In this document: positions 39,044 to 48,460 of the stretch, piece by piece
How the letters are laid out: each line of letters begins with the position of its first letter
Position numbering within the stretch: position 1 is the stretch's first letter
Assembly (NCBI GenBank): GCA_963832145.1
Contig: CAWHTA010000005.1
Location: forward strand, 158,477 to 222,476
Origin: an uncultured Acidobacteriota bacterium
GTDB taxonomy: Bacteria > Acidobacteriota > Thermoanaerobaculia > UBA5066 > Gp7-AA6
Reading direction: 5' to 3'
Length of the DNA: 64,000 bases
Translations under genes and position numbers: made by a program
The notes under the pieces: model-generated
Database searches by the model: none
Told to the model about the DNA's origin: nothing
Seen by the model: only the letters and a program-made list of their open reading frames with translations

Positions 39044-42000
39044 ATGAAGTCAGGCGAAACACGGGGCCCTACACCGGGAGCTGGAACGGAATCGAGTCGT
39101 AAGGGAGCGGTTCGCGAACTGCTCGCAAGGGCGCGTCTCGCGGCCACGCTGGTGATGGGCCTTTGCCTCCTTTCGGTCGGTATCCCATCGGCGCCGGCGA
39201 GCGCCGAAGAGCGCGTCGCCCCGCAGCTCGTTCGGCGAGGCGACGCGAAGATCGCCGCCGTCCTTTCGATCTATCCCTCGATCTTCCCCCTCAGCTCCAC
39301 GAGTGCGGCGCTCGTCTGCGTGACGAACGTCAATGCGAATTCGACCGCTCGGCTCGAGCCGAATGACGTGTTCGTCGCGACGCTGGATGAGCTGGCGCTC
39401 GAAACCTTTTCGATGCTCTCTCCGATCCTGCTGGTTGATTCGGAAACACTGGAATCTTCCGAGTTCGTCGCCGCGGTTGACACCGTGAATCGGCGCCTCG
39501 TGATCACCTACGTCGGAGCGCCCGACGCTTTCGAGGCCGGGGACAGCATCTGCGCTGCTCTCTCGCTGAGCACGTCGAGCGTGCTGGGATCCCGGACGAT
39601 CCGCTTCGATATCCCTCCTTTTGAGTCTCGGTTCTCGGGTGGCAAGGATCCGTCTTTCCTCACGTTCGCGGTTGCTGTGATCGGGCCGACCATTCCGATG
39701 GGCCCGGCCGGTCCGACCGGCGCCGCGGGTGCTGATGGAACCAACGGCGTTGATGGCGCGACCGGTGCGACCGGGACGCAGGCGCGGACGGCGCACCGGC
39801 GACGGCGCTACCGGCGCTCAGGGTACGGCGGGCGTCGACGGATCAGACGGTGCTGGCGGCGCCACGGGCGCGGCCGGCGCCGATGGAACCAACGGAACGA
39901 ACGGAACCGACGGCGCGACGGGCGGCACGGGCGCAGCTGGTGCTGACGGCACCAACGGAACGAACGGTACCGACGGCGCGATGGGCGCTACCGGCGCCGC
40001 GGGCGCGGACGGAACCGACGGAACTAACGGAACAAACGGAACAAACGGCACCGACGGCGCGACCGGCGACACCGGTGCCACGGGGTCGGCCGGTACTGAT
40101 GGGACCAACGGAACAAACGGCACCGACGGCGCTACAGGTGCCGATGGAACTGATGGCCCGACCGGTGACACGGGTCCTCAGGGCGTAGCCGGTGCCGATG
40201 GAACAGTCGGCGCGACTGGCCCCACGGGCGCAGCGGGTGCCGACGGAATCAACGGAACGAACGGCACCGACGGCGTGACGGGCGACACCGGTGCCACGGG
40301 TGCGGTTGGCGCCGATGGGACCAACGGTATCGACGGAACCAACGGAACAAACGGGACCGACGGCGCGCCTGGCGCTGCGGGTGCTGATGGAACCAACGGT
40401 GCTGACGGCGCGACGGGCGCCACGGGCGCTGCGGGTGTTGATGGAACCAACGGTGCAGACGGTGCTGACGGCGCTGTTGGCCCCATGGGTCCGGCTGGCC
40501 CGGCTGGAGCCGACGGCGCAGCGGGTGCCGCGGGTGTAGACGGTGCGGCCGGTGTCGATGGTGCAGCGGGAGCCGCAGGCATCGATGGCGCGGCCGGTGT
40601 CGATGGGGCCCCAGGTGTCGATGGTGCAGCGGGTATCGCGGGCACTGACGGAACCAACGGAGCCGATGGCGCGACGGGTGATACGGGCGCAGCCGGAACC
40701 AACGGTATTGACGGAACCAACGGAACAAACGGCACCGACGGCGCCACGGGCGCAGCCGGCGCTGATGGAACCAACGGCATACGGAACAAACGGCGCCGAC
40801 GGAGCGACGGGCGACACGGGCCCGACTGGTGCCGATGGAGCAGTAGGTCCAACGGGTTCGACTGGCCCCGCTGGTGCCGATGGAGCGATTGGCGACACCG
40901 GTGCCCAAGGCGCAACCGGTGCCGACGGAATCAACGGAACAAACGGGACCGACGGTGCGACAGGCGACACGGGTGCTACCGGTGCGGCTGGTATCGATGG
41001 TGCAGCGGGTATCGCGGGCGCTGACGGAACCAACGGAGCCGATGGCGCGACGGGTGCTGCGGGTGCCGATGGCGCCGCGGGCGCCGATGGAACCAACGGT
41101 ACGGATGGCGCGACCGGTGCTACGGGCGCAGCCGGCGCTGATGGAACCAACGGTATCGACGGAACCAACGGAACAAACGGGACCGATGGCGCGACCGGCG
41201 ACACAGGCCCGACTGGTGCCGATGGAGCGGTGGGTCCAATAGGTCCGACTGGCACCGCTGGTGCCGATGGCGCGACGGGCGACACCGGTGCCCAGGGCGT
41301 AACCGGTGCCGATGGAATCAACGGAACAAACGGGACCGACGGCGCGACTGGCGACACGGGTGCCACGGGCGCGGCCGGTACTGATGGAACCAACGGAACC
41401 AACGGAACCAGGACGGTATCGACGGCCCGACGGGCGCTGCGGGTACCGATGGCGCCACCGGCGCAGCGGGCGCTGATGGAACGAACGGCACCGACGGCGC
41501 TACGGGCGCCGCTGGTACTGATGGAACCAACGGTATTGACGGCGCGACCGGCGCCACGGGCGCCGCGGGCGCGGACGGAACCAACGGAACGAACGGCACC
41601 GACGGCGCGACTGGCGACACGGGTGCCACGGGCGCGGCCGGTACTGATGGAACCAACGGAACGAACGGCATCGACGGCGCGACGGCGCCACGGGCGCAGC
41701 TGGCGCTGATGGAACCAACGGTATTGACGGAACAAACGGGACCGACGGCGCGACCGGCGATACAGGTGCCACGGGCGCTGCGGGTGCTGATGGAACCAAC
41801 GGTACAGACGGTGCTGACGGCGCTGTTGGCCCAATGGGTCCGGCTGGCCCGGCTGGAGCCGACGGCGCAGCGGGTGCCGCCGGTGTAGACGGTGCGGCGG
41901 GTATTGATGGTGCGGCCGGTGTCGATGGAGCCCCTGGTGTCGATGGTGCAGCGGGTATCGCGGGCGCTGACGGAACCAACGGAGCCGATGGCGCGACGGG

Positions 42001-44622
42001 TGCTACGGGCGCGGCCGGAACCAACGGTACTGACGGAACCAACGGAACAGACGGGCCGACGGCGCGACGGGCGACACCGGTGCCACGGGCGCAGCTGGTG
42101 CTGATGGAACCAACGGTATCGACGGAACAAACGGGACCGATGGCGCGCCTGGCGCTGCGGGTGCTGATGGAACCAACGGTGCAGACGGTGCTGACGGCGC
42201 TGTTGGCCCCATGGGTCCGGCTGGCCCGGCTGGAGCCGACGGCGCAGCGGGTGCCGCGGGTGTAGACGGTGCGGCCGGTGTCGATGGTGCAGCGGGTATG
42301 CCCGGGCGCCGACGGAACCAACGGAACGAACGGCGCCGACGGCGATACGGGTGCCACGGGCGCAGCCGGTGCTGACGGAACCAACGGAACGAACGGTGCC
42401 GACGGCGCGACGGGTGCTACGGGCGCCGCCGGTGACTGACGGAACCAACGGTATAGATGGAACGAACGGATGCAGACGGCACCGACGGCGCGACGGGCGA
42501 CACGGGTGCCACGGGCGCAGCCGGTGCTGATGGTATCGACGGAACAAACGGGACCGACGGCGCCGACTGGCGCTGCGGGTGCTGACGGAGCCGACGGTGC
42601 TGACGGTGCTGACGGCGCTGTTGGTCCGATGGGTCCGGTTGGCCCGGCTGGTGCCGACGGCGCAGCGGGTGCCGCGGGTGTAGACGGTGCGGCCGGTGTC
42701 GATGGTGCAGCGGGTATCGCGGGCGCCGACGGAACCAACGGAGCCGATGGCGCGACGGGCGCTGCGGGTGCCGATGGCGCCGGTGCAGCGGGCGCCGACG
42801 GAACCAACGGAACGAACGGTACGGACGGCGCGACGGGTGCTACGGGCGCCGCCGGTACTGATGGAACCAACGGTATAGATGGAACGAACGGATCAAACGG
42901 CACCGACGGCGCGACGGGCGACACCGGTGCCACGGGCGCAGTTGGCGCTGATGGAACCAACGGTATCGACGGAACCAACGGAACAAACGGGACCGACGGC
43001 GCAGCCGGTGCCACGGGGGCGGCCGGTACTGATGGAACCAACGGTATTGACGGAACCAGCGGAACAAACGGGACCGACGGCGCAGCCGGTGCCACGGGGG
43101 CAGCCGGCGCTGATGGAACTAACGGCATTGACGGAACCAACGGTGCAGACGGTGCTGACGGCGCTGTTGGCCCCATGGGTCCGGCTGGCCCGACGGGCTC
43201 CGACGGCGCAGCGGGTGCCGCGGGTGTAGATGGCGCGGCCGGTGTCGATGGAGCACCAGGTGTCGATGGTGCAGCGGGTATCGCGGGCGCTGACGGAACC
43301 AACGGAGCCGATGGCGCGACGGGCGCTGCGGGTGCTGATGGAACCAACGGTGCGACGGTGCTGACGGCGCTGTTGGCGCCATAGGTCCGGTTGGCCCGGC
43401 TGGAGCCGACGGCGCAGCGGGTGCCACGGGTGCAGACGGTGCGGCCGGTGTCGATGGTGCTGCGGGAGCCGCAGGCATCGATGGCGTGGCCGGTGTCGAT
43501 GGAGCCGCTGGTGTCGATGGTGCAGCGGGTATCGCGGGCACTGACGGAACCAACGGAGCCGATGGCGCGGCGGGTGCCGATGGCGCCACCGGCGCAGCGG
43601 GCGCCGACGGAACCAACGGTACGAACGGCGCGGACGGCGCGACGGGCGACACGGGCGCTGCGGGTGCTGACGGAACCAACGGTGCAGACGGTGCTGACGG
43701 CGCCGTTGGCCCAATGGGTCCGGCTGGCCCGGCTGGAGCCGACGGCGCAGCGGGTGCCGCGGGTGTAGACGGTGCGGCCGGTGTCGATGGTGCAGCGGGA
43801 GCCGCAGGCATCGATGGCGCGGCCGGTGTCGACGGAGCCCCAGGTGTGGATGGTGCAGCGGGTATCGCGGGCGCTGACGGAACCAACGGAGCCGATGGCG
43901 CGACAGGTGCTGCGGGCGCGGATGGAACCAACGGAACAAACGGTCTCGACGGCGCGACGGGCGCCACCGGTGCCGCGGGCGCGGCCGGTGCTGACGGAAC
44001 CAACGGAACAAACGGCGCCGACGGAGCGACGGGCGACACGGGTCCGGCTGGGGCCGATGGAGCGGTCGGTCCGACGGGTCCGTCCGGTCCGGCTGGCGCT
44101 GACGGCGCTGCTGGCGCTGCGGGCGTCGATGGTGCTGCCGGCGTCGCCGGTGCGGCAGGTATCGATGGTGCCGCAGGTGTCGCCGGCGCGGCCGGTGCGG
44201 CGGGTGTCGCGGGTGCGGCCGGTGTCGACGGTGCCGCGGGTGTCGCGGGCGCGGCTGGTGCCGCAGGTGTCGCCGGCGCGGCCGGTGCGGCGGGTGTCGA
44301 CGGTGCAGCCGGTGCCGCGGGGGCCACTGGTCCGGCGGGTCCGACTGGCCCGAGCGGCTCGACGCTCGTCACCGGAACGCCGGCGGCCTCGGGGATCGCA
44401 CCGCTCCTGGGAACTCAGGTCACGACTTCGGCAACCTGCGCGGCTGGAAAAGTCCTCCTGGGTGGCGGGGCGAGGGTTGTTTCGTCGACTGGCAGTGACG
44501 CGGCGCTCGTCTCGTCCTATCCAAGTAGCACGACGACATGGACCGCGGTCGGCGAGACCACCGGGTTGCTCGGCTTGTTTCAGACGTTCACGGTCACGGC
44601 CTACGCGCTGTGCAGCCAGTAG
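39044..44622 (+). CDS. Giant secreted collagen-like (Gly-X-Y)n protein, ~1,860 codons; 11 frame breaks in this assembly
   Basis: GGAG lies 5 nt upstream of ATG 39044. Signal peptide ...[25 protein letters not shown], then a unique ~190-aa N-terminal domain. G-X-Y periodicity runs from 39701 to 44364 and is read from ORFs 38852.., 39729.., 40543.., 41834.., 42470.., 43486.. plus my own frame tracking. A unique 85-aa C-terminal domain ([12 protein letters not shown]...[10 protein letters not shown]) follows, then TAG 44620-44622. Confidence 0.8.
39701..44364 (+). repeat. Coding 9-nt periodic repeat (~518 GXY triplets) organised in ~10 mosaic super-repeats
   Basis: The GADGAVGP[M/T/I]G marker recurs near 40465, 40831, 41218, 41815, 42190, 42610, 43155, 43360, 43695 and 44045. 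~200-nt blocks such as 40481-40690 and 43710-43920 are about 95% identical. Confidence 0.85.
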
Positions 44623-44660
44623 GTCGGTAAGCGATTCAACGGGTCAGACAGTCCTGAACG

Positions 44661-44695
44661 CGCGCGGCCGACTTCGGGTCGGCCGGCGCGATTTT
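44661..44695 (+). terminator. Putative rho-independent terminator of the collagen-like gene
   Basis: cgcgcggccgac-ttcgg-gtcggccggcgcg forms a 12-bp GC stem with one bulge, followed by ATTTT. Confidence 0.5.
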
Positions 44696-44826
44696 CAGAG
44701 TTTGGGGAAGATTCTAGGAAGAGGTCGAAGTCGAAAGCATGGTCGCGCCGTACGATCCGCCCTGGAGTACGCGGTACGGCCCAGCGACCGCTCAAAGGGC
44801 TCCGGCGGACTCCGACCGGGTGGGGT

Positions 44827-46518
44827 TTAAAAAACCGCCGGCTCTTCGTAAGTCGCAAACACCTCGCGCATCACGTCGGAGATCTCGCCGACCGTCGCAT
44901 AGGTCTTGACGGCCTCGACAAGGGGCGGCATGACGTTACGGCCGTCCGCGCACGCTTGGCGCAGAACGGCGAGCGCGGACACGACCGCCTTCCCATCCCT
45001 CGAGCGCCGAAGCTCGGCGAGGTCCAACTTCTGCTGGTCCTCCACGGACTCGTCGATGTAAAGCGTGTCGAGCGGCGCCTCGTTCTCCTCGATGAATTCG
45101 TTGACCCCGACGACGATCTTTTCCTTCGCGTCCACGGCACGCTGGTAGGCGTAGGCCGCGTCCATGATCTCGCGCTGGGGGAAGCCCGCCTCGATCGCTT
45201 CGACCATTCCGCCCAGGGCGTCGATGCGCCGGAAGTAGTCGAAGCAGCCGCGCTCCATCTTCGTCGTCAGGTCCTCGACGAAGTACGAGCCTCCGAGCGG
45301 GTCGATCGTGTTCACGACCCCCGACTCGTGGGCGATCACCTGCTGGGTCCTCAGCGCGAGCTTCACGGCGAAGTCCGAAGGAAGGGCGAGCGTCTCGTCG
45401 AGAGAGTTGGTGTGAAGCGAGTTCGTCCCGCCGAGTACGCCCGCGAGCGCCTGGAGCGCCGTCCGAACGACGTTGTTGTACGGCTGCTGCGCCGTCAGGG
45501 AACATCCCGCCGTCTGCGTGTGGAAGCGGCACATCCAGGATCGCTCGTCCTTCGCACCGAACCGCTCCTTCATCGTCTTCGCCCACACGCGGCGTGCGGC
45601 GCGGTATTTCGCGATCTCTTCGAAGAAGTCGTTGTGCGCGTTGAAGAAGAAAGACAGCCTCGGAGCGAAGTCGTCGACGGCCATCCCCGCTTCGATTCCG
45701 TACTTCACGTACTCGACGCCGTCGCGCAGGGTGAAGGCGAGCTCCTGCAGCGCCGTCGAGCCGGCCTCGCGGATGTGGTAACCGGAGATCGAGATCGTGT
45801 TCCACTTCGGAACGTTCTTCGCGCAGAACGAGAACTGGTCGGTGATGAGCCGCATCGAGGGGCGCGGCGGGAAGATGTACTCCTTCTGGGCGATGTACTC
45901 CTTCAGGATGTCGTTCTGAAGGGTTCCCCCGACCTTCTCCCAGGGGGTGCCGTGCTTCTCGGCGACGGCGAGGTACATGGCGAGCGCGATCGGCGCCGTC
46001 GAGTTGATCGTCATCGACGTCGTCACGCGGCCGAGGTCGATCCCGTCGAAGAGCACTTCCATGTCGGCGAGCGAGTCGATCGCGACGCCGCACTTTCCGA
46101 CCTCGCCGCGCGCCATCTCGTGGTCGGAGTCGTAGCCATAGAGCGTCGGCAGGTGGAACGCCGTCGAAAGTCCCGTCTGACCGTGATCGAGGAGGTAGTG
46201 GAAGCGCTCGTTCGTCTGGCGGGCCGTCCCGTAGCCGGCGAACTGCCGCATCGTCCAGAGCTTTCCCCGGTACATCGTGGGCTGGACCCCGCGGGTGAAG
46301 GGGTATTTCCCCGGCCATCCGAGGTCTCGCTCCGGGTCGAAACCCGCGAGCGTGTCGGGTCCCGCGAGGGGAAGAACCTCCGCGCCGGAGACGGTCGTGA
46401 AGTCGCGTTTCCAGTGGGGATGACGCTCGAAACTTTTTTTTGCGGCCTCATCCCAGCGGCGCCGGCCTTCGCGGATTTCCGGGGGGACCGTCGGGTCGAG
46501 CTCTTCGTTCTTTCCCAT
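44827..46518 (-). CDS. Acyl-CoA (methylmalonyl-CoA-type) mutase large catalytic subunit, without a B12 domain
   Basis: ATG at 46518. [63 protein letters not shown]. It ends before any B12-binding domain. Confidence 0.9.
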   Translation of the reverse strand: MGKNEELDPTVPPEIREGRRRWDEAAKKSFERHPHWKRDFTTVSGAEVLPLAGPDTLAGFDPERDLGWPGKYPFTRGVQPTMYRGKLWTMRQFAGYGTARQTNERFHYLLDHGQTGLSTAFHLPTLYGYDSDHEMARGEVGKCGVAIDSLADMEVLFDGIDLGRVTTSMTINSTAPIALAMYLAVAEKHGTPWEKVGGTLQNDILKEYIAQKEYIFPPRPSMRLITDQFSFCAKNVPKWNTISISGYHIREAGSTALQELAFTLRDGVEYVKYGIEAGMAVDDFAPRLSFFFNAHNDFFEEIAKYRAARRVWAKTMKERFGAKDERSWMCRFHTQTAGCSLTAQQPYNNVVRTALQALAGVLGGTNSLHTNSLDETLALPSDFAVKLALRTQQVIAHESGVVNTIDPLGGSYFVEDLTTKMERGCFDYFRRIDALGGMVEAIEAGFPQREIMDAAYAYQRAVDAKEKIVVGVNEFIEENEAPLDTLYIDESVEDQQKLDLAELRRSRDGKAVVSALAVLRQACADGRNVMPPLVEAVKTYATVGEISDVMREVFATYEEPAVF

Positions 46519-46660
46519 CAGCTCATTCTGCTCTTTCCGAGGACACAATAGCCCAATCCCCTCAGTCATTTCCATTCGAACGTCCGGAGGTCCGTGGAAG
46601 GCATGAAAGATGCAACGTTCCTCTCGCGGCCATTTGGCCGAAAGCACAAGGAGGAACTTC

Positions 46661-47299
46661 ATGACGAAACGGATTACTTCTCTACTGGGGATTCTCGCGT
46701 TGGTGGCGTTCGCGGTGGCGTGCGCTCAGACCGATGCGGGGATCACGACCAAGGTCAAGACCAAGCTCGCGGCGGATGACACCGTCAAGGCGTATCAGAT
46801 CGACGTCGACACCAAGGACAAGGTCGTAACACTCTCCGGAAGCGTCGACAATCAGGCAGCCAAGGATCAGGCTGTCGCCCTCGCTCGCGGCACCGAAGGC
46901 GTCGCGGACGTAGTCGACAACATCACGGTTTCGGGCGGCGCGGCCGCAATGCCGGGTGATGCTCCGGCGTACGGCAGCGAAGGCGCGACCGGCGCACCCG
47001 CGCCCGGTGGCGAAGGCGACGCGGCGATGGGCGGCAACGCCCCGAACCCGGAGCCGGATCGACCGGCCGGAACGGTCATGGATGACGCCGCGATCACGGC
47101 GGCCGTCAAGGCCAAGCTTCTGGCGGACCCGACGGTTGGCGGTCTGAAGATCGACGTCGACACGCGCAATGGCGTCGTGTGGCTCACGGGTGATCACATG
47201 AACAGCCAGGCCGAGATCGACGCGGCGATCAAGATCGCCAAGGCGACCGAGGGCGTCAAGAGCGTCGAGAACAAGATGGTGGTTGGCGACAAGCACTGA
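46661..47299 (+). CDS. Two-BON-domain lipoprotein (OsmY-like)
   Basis: AAGGAGG lies upstream of ATG 46661. Lipobox AVAC. Two BON units (...[35 protein letters not shown] and ...[36 protein letters not shown]). Confidence 0.85.
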   Translation: MTKRITSLLGILALVAFAVACAQTDAGITTKVKTKLAADDTVKAYQIDVDTKDKVVTLSGSVDNQAAKDQAVALARGTEGVADVVDNITVSGGAAAMPGDAPAYGSEGATGAPAPGGEGDAAMGGNAPNPEPDRPAGTVMDDAAITAAVKAKLLADPTVGGLKIDVDTRNGVVWLTGDHMNSQAEIDAAIKIAKATEGVKSVENKMVVGDKH

Positions 47300-47344
47300 G
47301 GATTTGAAGAACGTCCGCCGGTGAAAACTGGCGGGTTTCTTAGA

Positions 47345-47373
47345 GGGCCAGGGAAACCTGGCCCTTGTTTTTT
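47345..47373 (+). terminator. Rho-independent terminator
   Basis: gggccagg-gaaa-cctggccc forms an 8-bp stem with a GNRA loop, followed by ttgtttttt. A weaker hairpin (ccgcc..ggcgg) lies just upstream at 47316-47335. Confidence 0.8.
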
Positions 47374-47383
47374 GGAAGACGGA

Positions 47384-48460
47384 CTACTTCCCCAAGACCG
47401 GAAGCAGCGCAGTCTTGGCCATTTTCGCAAGACCCTTGGCGGAGAACGGAAGACTCGACGACATGAAGCACGAGTGTGTGCACCAGCACTCGCGCTTCGC
47501 GATGCGGTGGCGCATCGCGTCGGCCTTCTCCGAGAACCACGCTTTCGCGAAGGACCAGCCGAAGTCGCGGATGTTCCCGATCTCCCACTGCACCTCGCAG
47601 AGCGAGACCGTTCCCTCGGGGTTCAACACCCCCGAGACGGTCCCGGCGTAACAGGGGTAGACCATCCGCTCCTGGGAGAGCGTCTCGAGCTCCGCTTCCC
47701 GAGCGGCGACCTTCAGGTTCTTGAGGATCGGCCGGTACCGGTCGAACCCCGCCCAGTAGGGCTTGAGCGTCGAAAGCGCTGTCGCGTACTCCGCCGCCGT
47801 CAGCGGCCGGATGGACGAGTCGGGAAACGGCGGGCGGAGAAGCTCGAAAGAGTGGAAGTTGATCTCCGGGAAGTTCGCGGCAACCCAGCCCGTGATTTCC
47901 GGCAGGTCGTCCCGGTTGAATGACGCGAGGACGGTCTGCACGTTCACGAGCAGGCCCGAGCTCCGCCGCTTGAGCGCCGCGAGGCGCCGGTACGTTTCTT
48001 CGACGCGGGGAAAGTTCCCCGGCGCGCCGCGGATCCGGTCGTGGCGTTCCCCGAGGTGGTCGAGCGAGAGTCCCACGGTGAACGTCTGGCGCTCGTCGCG
48101 GCGGGACTCGAGGACGTGCGCTACGGTCGACTCGACCTGCTCGGGAAGGAGCGAATTCGTCGGCATCGTGACGTTCGACGTTTCGTGCCGGCGGTAGAGA
48201 AGGCGCGTGATGTCCGGCAGGTCGCGATTGAGCGTCGGCTCCCCTCCCGTCAGCACGACGCTGTAAAGAGAGGGCAGGTCCGCGAGCGCGCGGTCGTAGT
48301 CGGCGAGCGACATCTCGAGGTGCCGATTGACGTTCAGGTGATCCCAGTAGAAGCACGTGACGCACTTCGAGTTGCAGAGGTTGGTCATCCCGAGGATCAG
48401 GTACCGCGGGAGCGTCCTGCGGCCGCGCACCCACTGCGAAGCGAGAGCGAGCTCTTTCAC
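47384..48460 (-). CDS. Radical SAM protein with SPASM/twitch-like C-terminal Cys cluster
   Basis: The GTG at 48460 overlaps the upstream stop (GTGA). LILGMTNLCNSKCVTCFYW (CxxxCxxC), VLTGGEPTL, and C-terminal CYAG...LCEV...CWCTHSC. Confidence 0.75.
   Translation of the reverse strand: MKELALASQWVRGRRTLPRYLILGMTNLCNSKCVTCFYWDHLNVNRHLEMSLADYDRALADLPSLYSVVLTGGEPTLNRDLPDITRLLYRRHETSNVTMPTNSLLPEQVESTVAHVLESRRDERQTFTVGLSLDHLGERHDRIRGAPGNFPRVEETYRRLAALKRRSSGLLVNVQTVLASFNRDDLPEITGWVAANFPEINFHSFELLRPPFPDSSIRPLTAAEYATALSTLKPYWAGFDRYRPILKNLKVAAREAELETLSQERMVYPCYAGTVSGVLNPEGTVSLCEVQWEIGNIRDFGWSFAKAWFSEKADAMRHRIAKRECWCTHSCFMSSSLPFSAKGLAKMAKTALLPVLGK

Noticed and set aside
39701-44364. CRISPR array or non-coding satellite as an explanation for the 4.7-kb repeat
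   Set aside because: There is no repeat-spacer alternation. The periodicity is strictly 9 nt with Gly codons in phase. The variation is codon-wise and synonymous-like, and the tract is flanked in frame by unique coding domains.
39701-44364. RTX/beta-roll (GGxGxDxUx) Ca-binding repeats as an alternative to a collagen-like fold
   Set aside because: Gly occurs every third residue without exception in the in-frame stretches. The nonapeptide hydrophobic position of RTX repeats is absent. The 3-residue period fits collagen-like (PF01391-type) repeats better. The fold still needs experimental confirmation.
39818-44372. Very long minus-strand ORFs across the collagen-like region (for example 39843..41834 at 663 aa, 41500..43347 at 615 aa, and 43119..44372 at 417 aa), reading [14 protein letters not shown]...
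   Set aside because: They are the antisense reading of GXY codons (GGN-GCN-GAC and similar), which contain no stop codons on the opposite strand. They lack starts or RBS context and have no end domains. The plus strand has a signal peptide, unique termini and a terminator.
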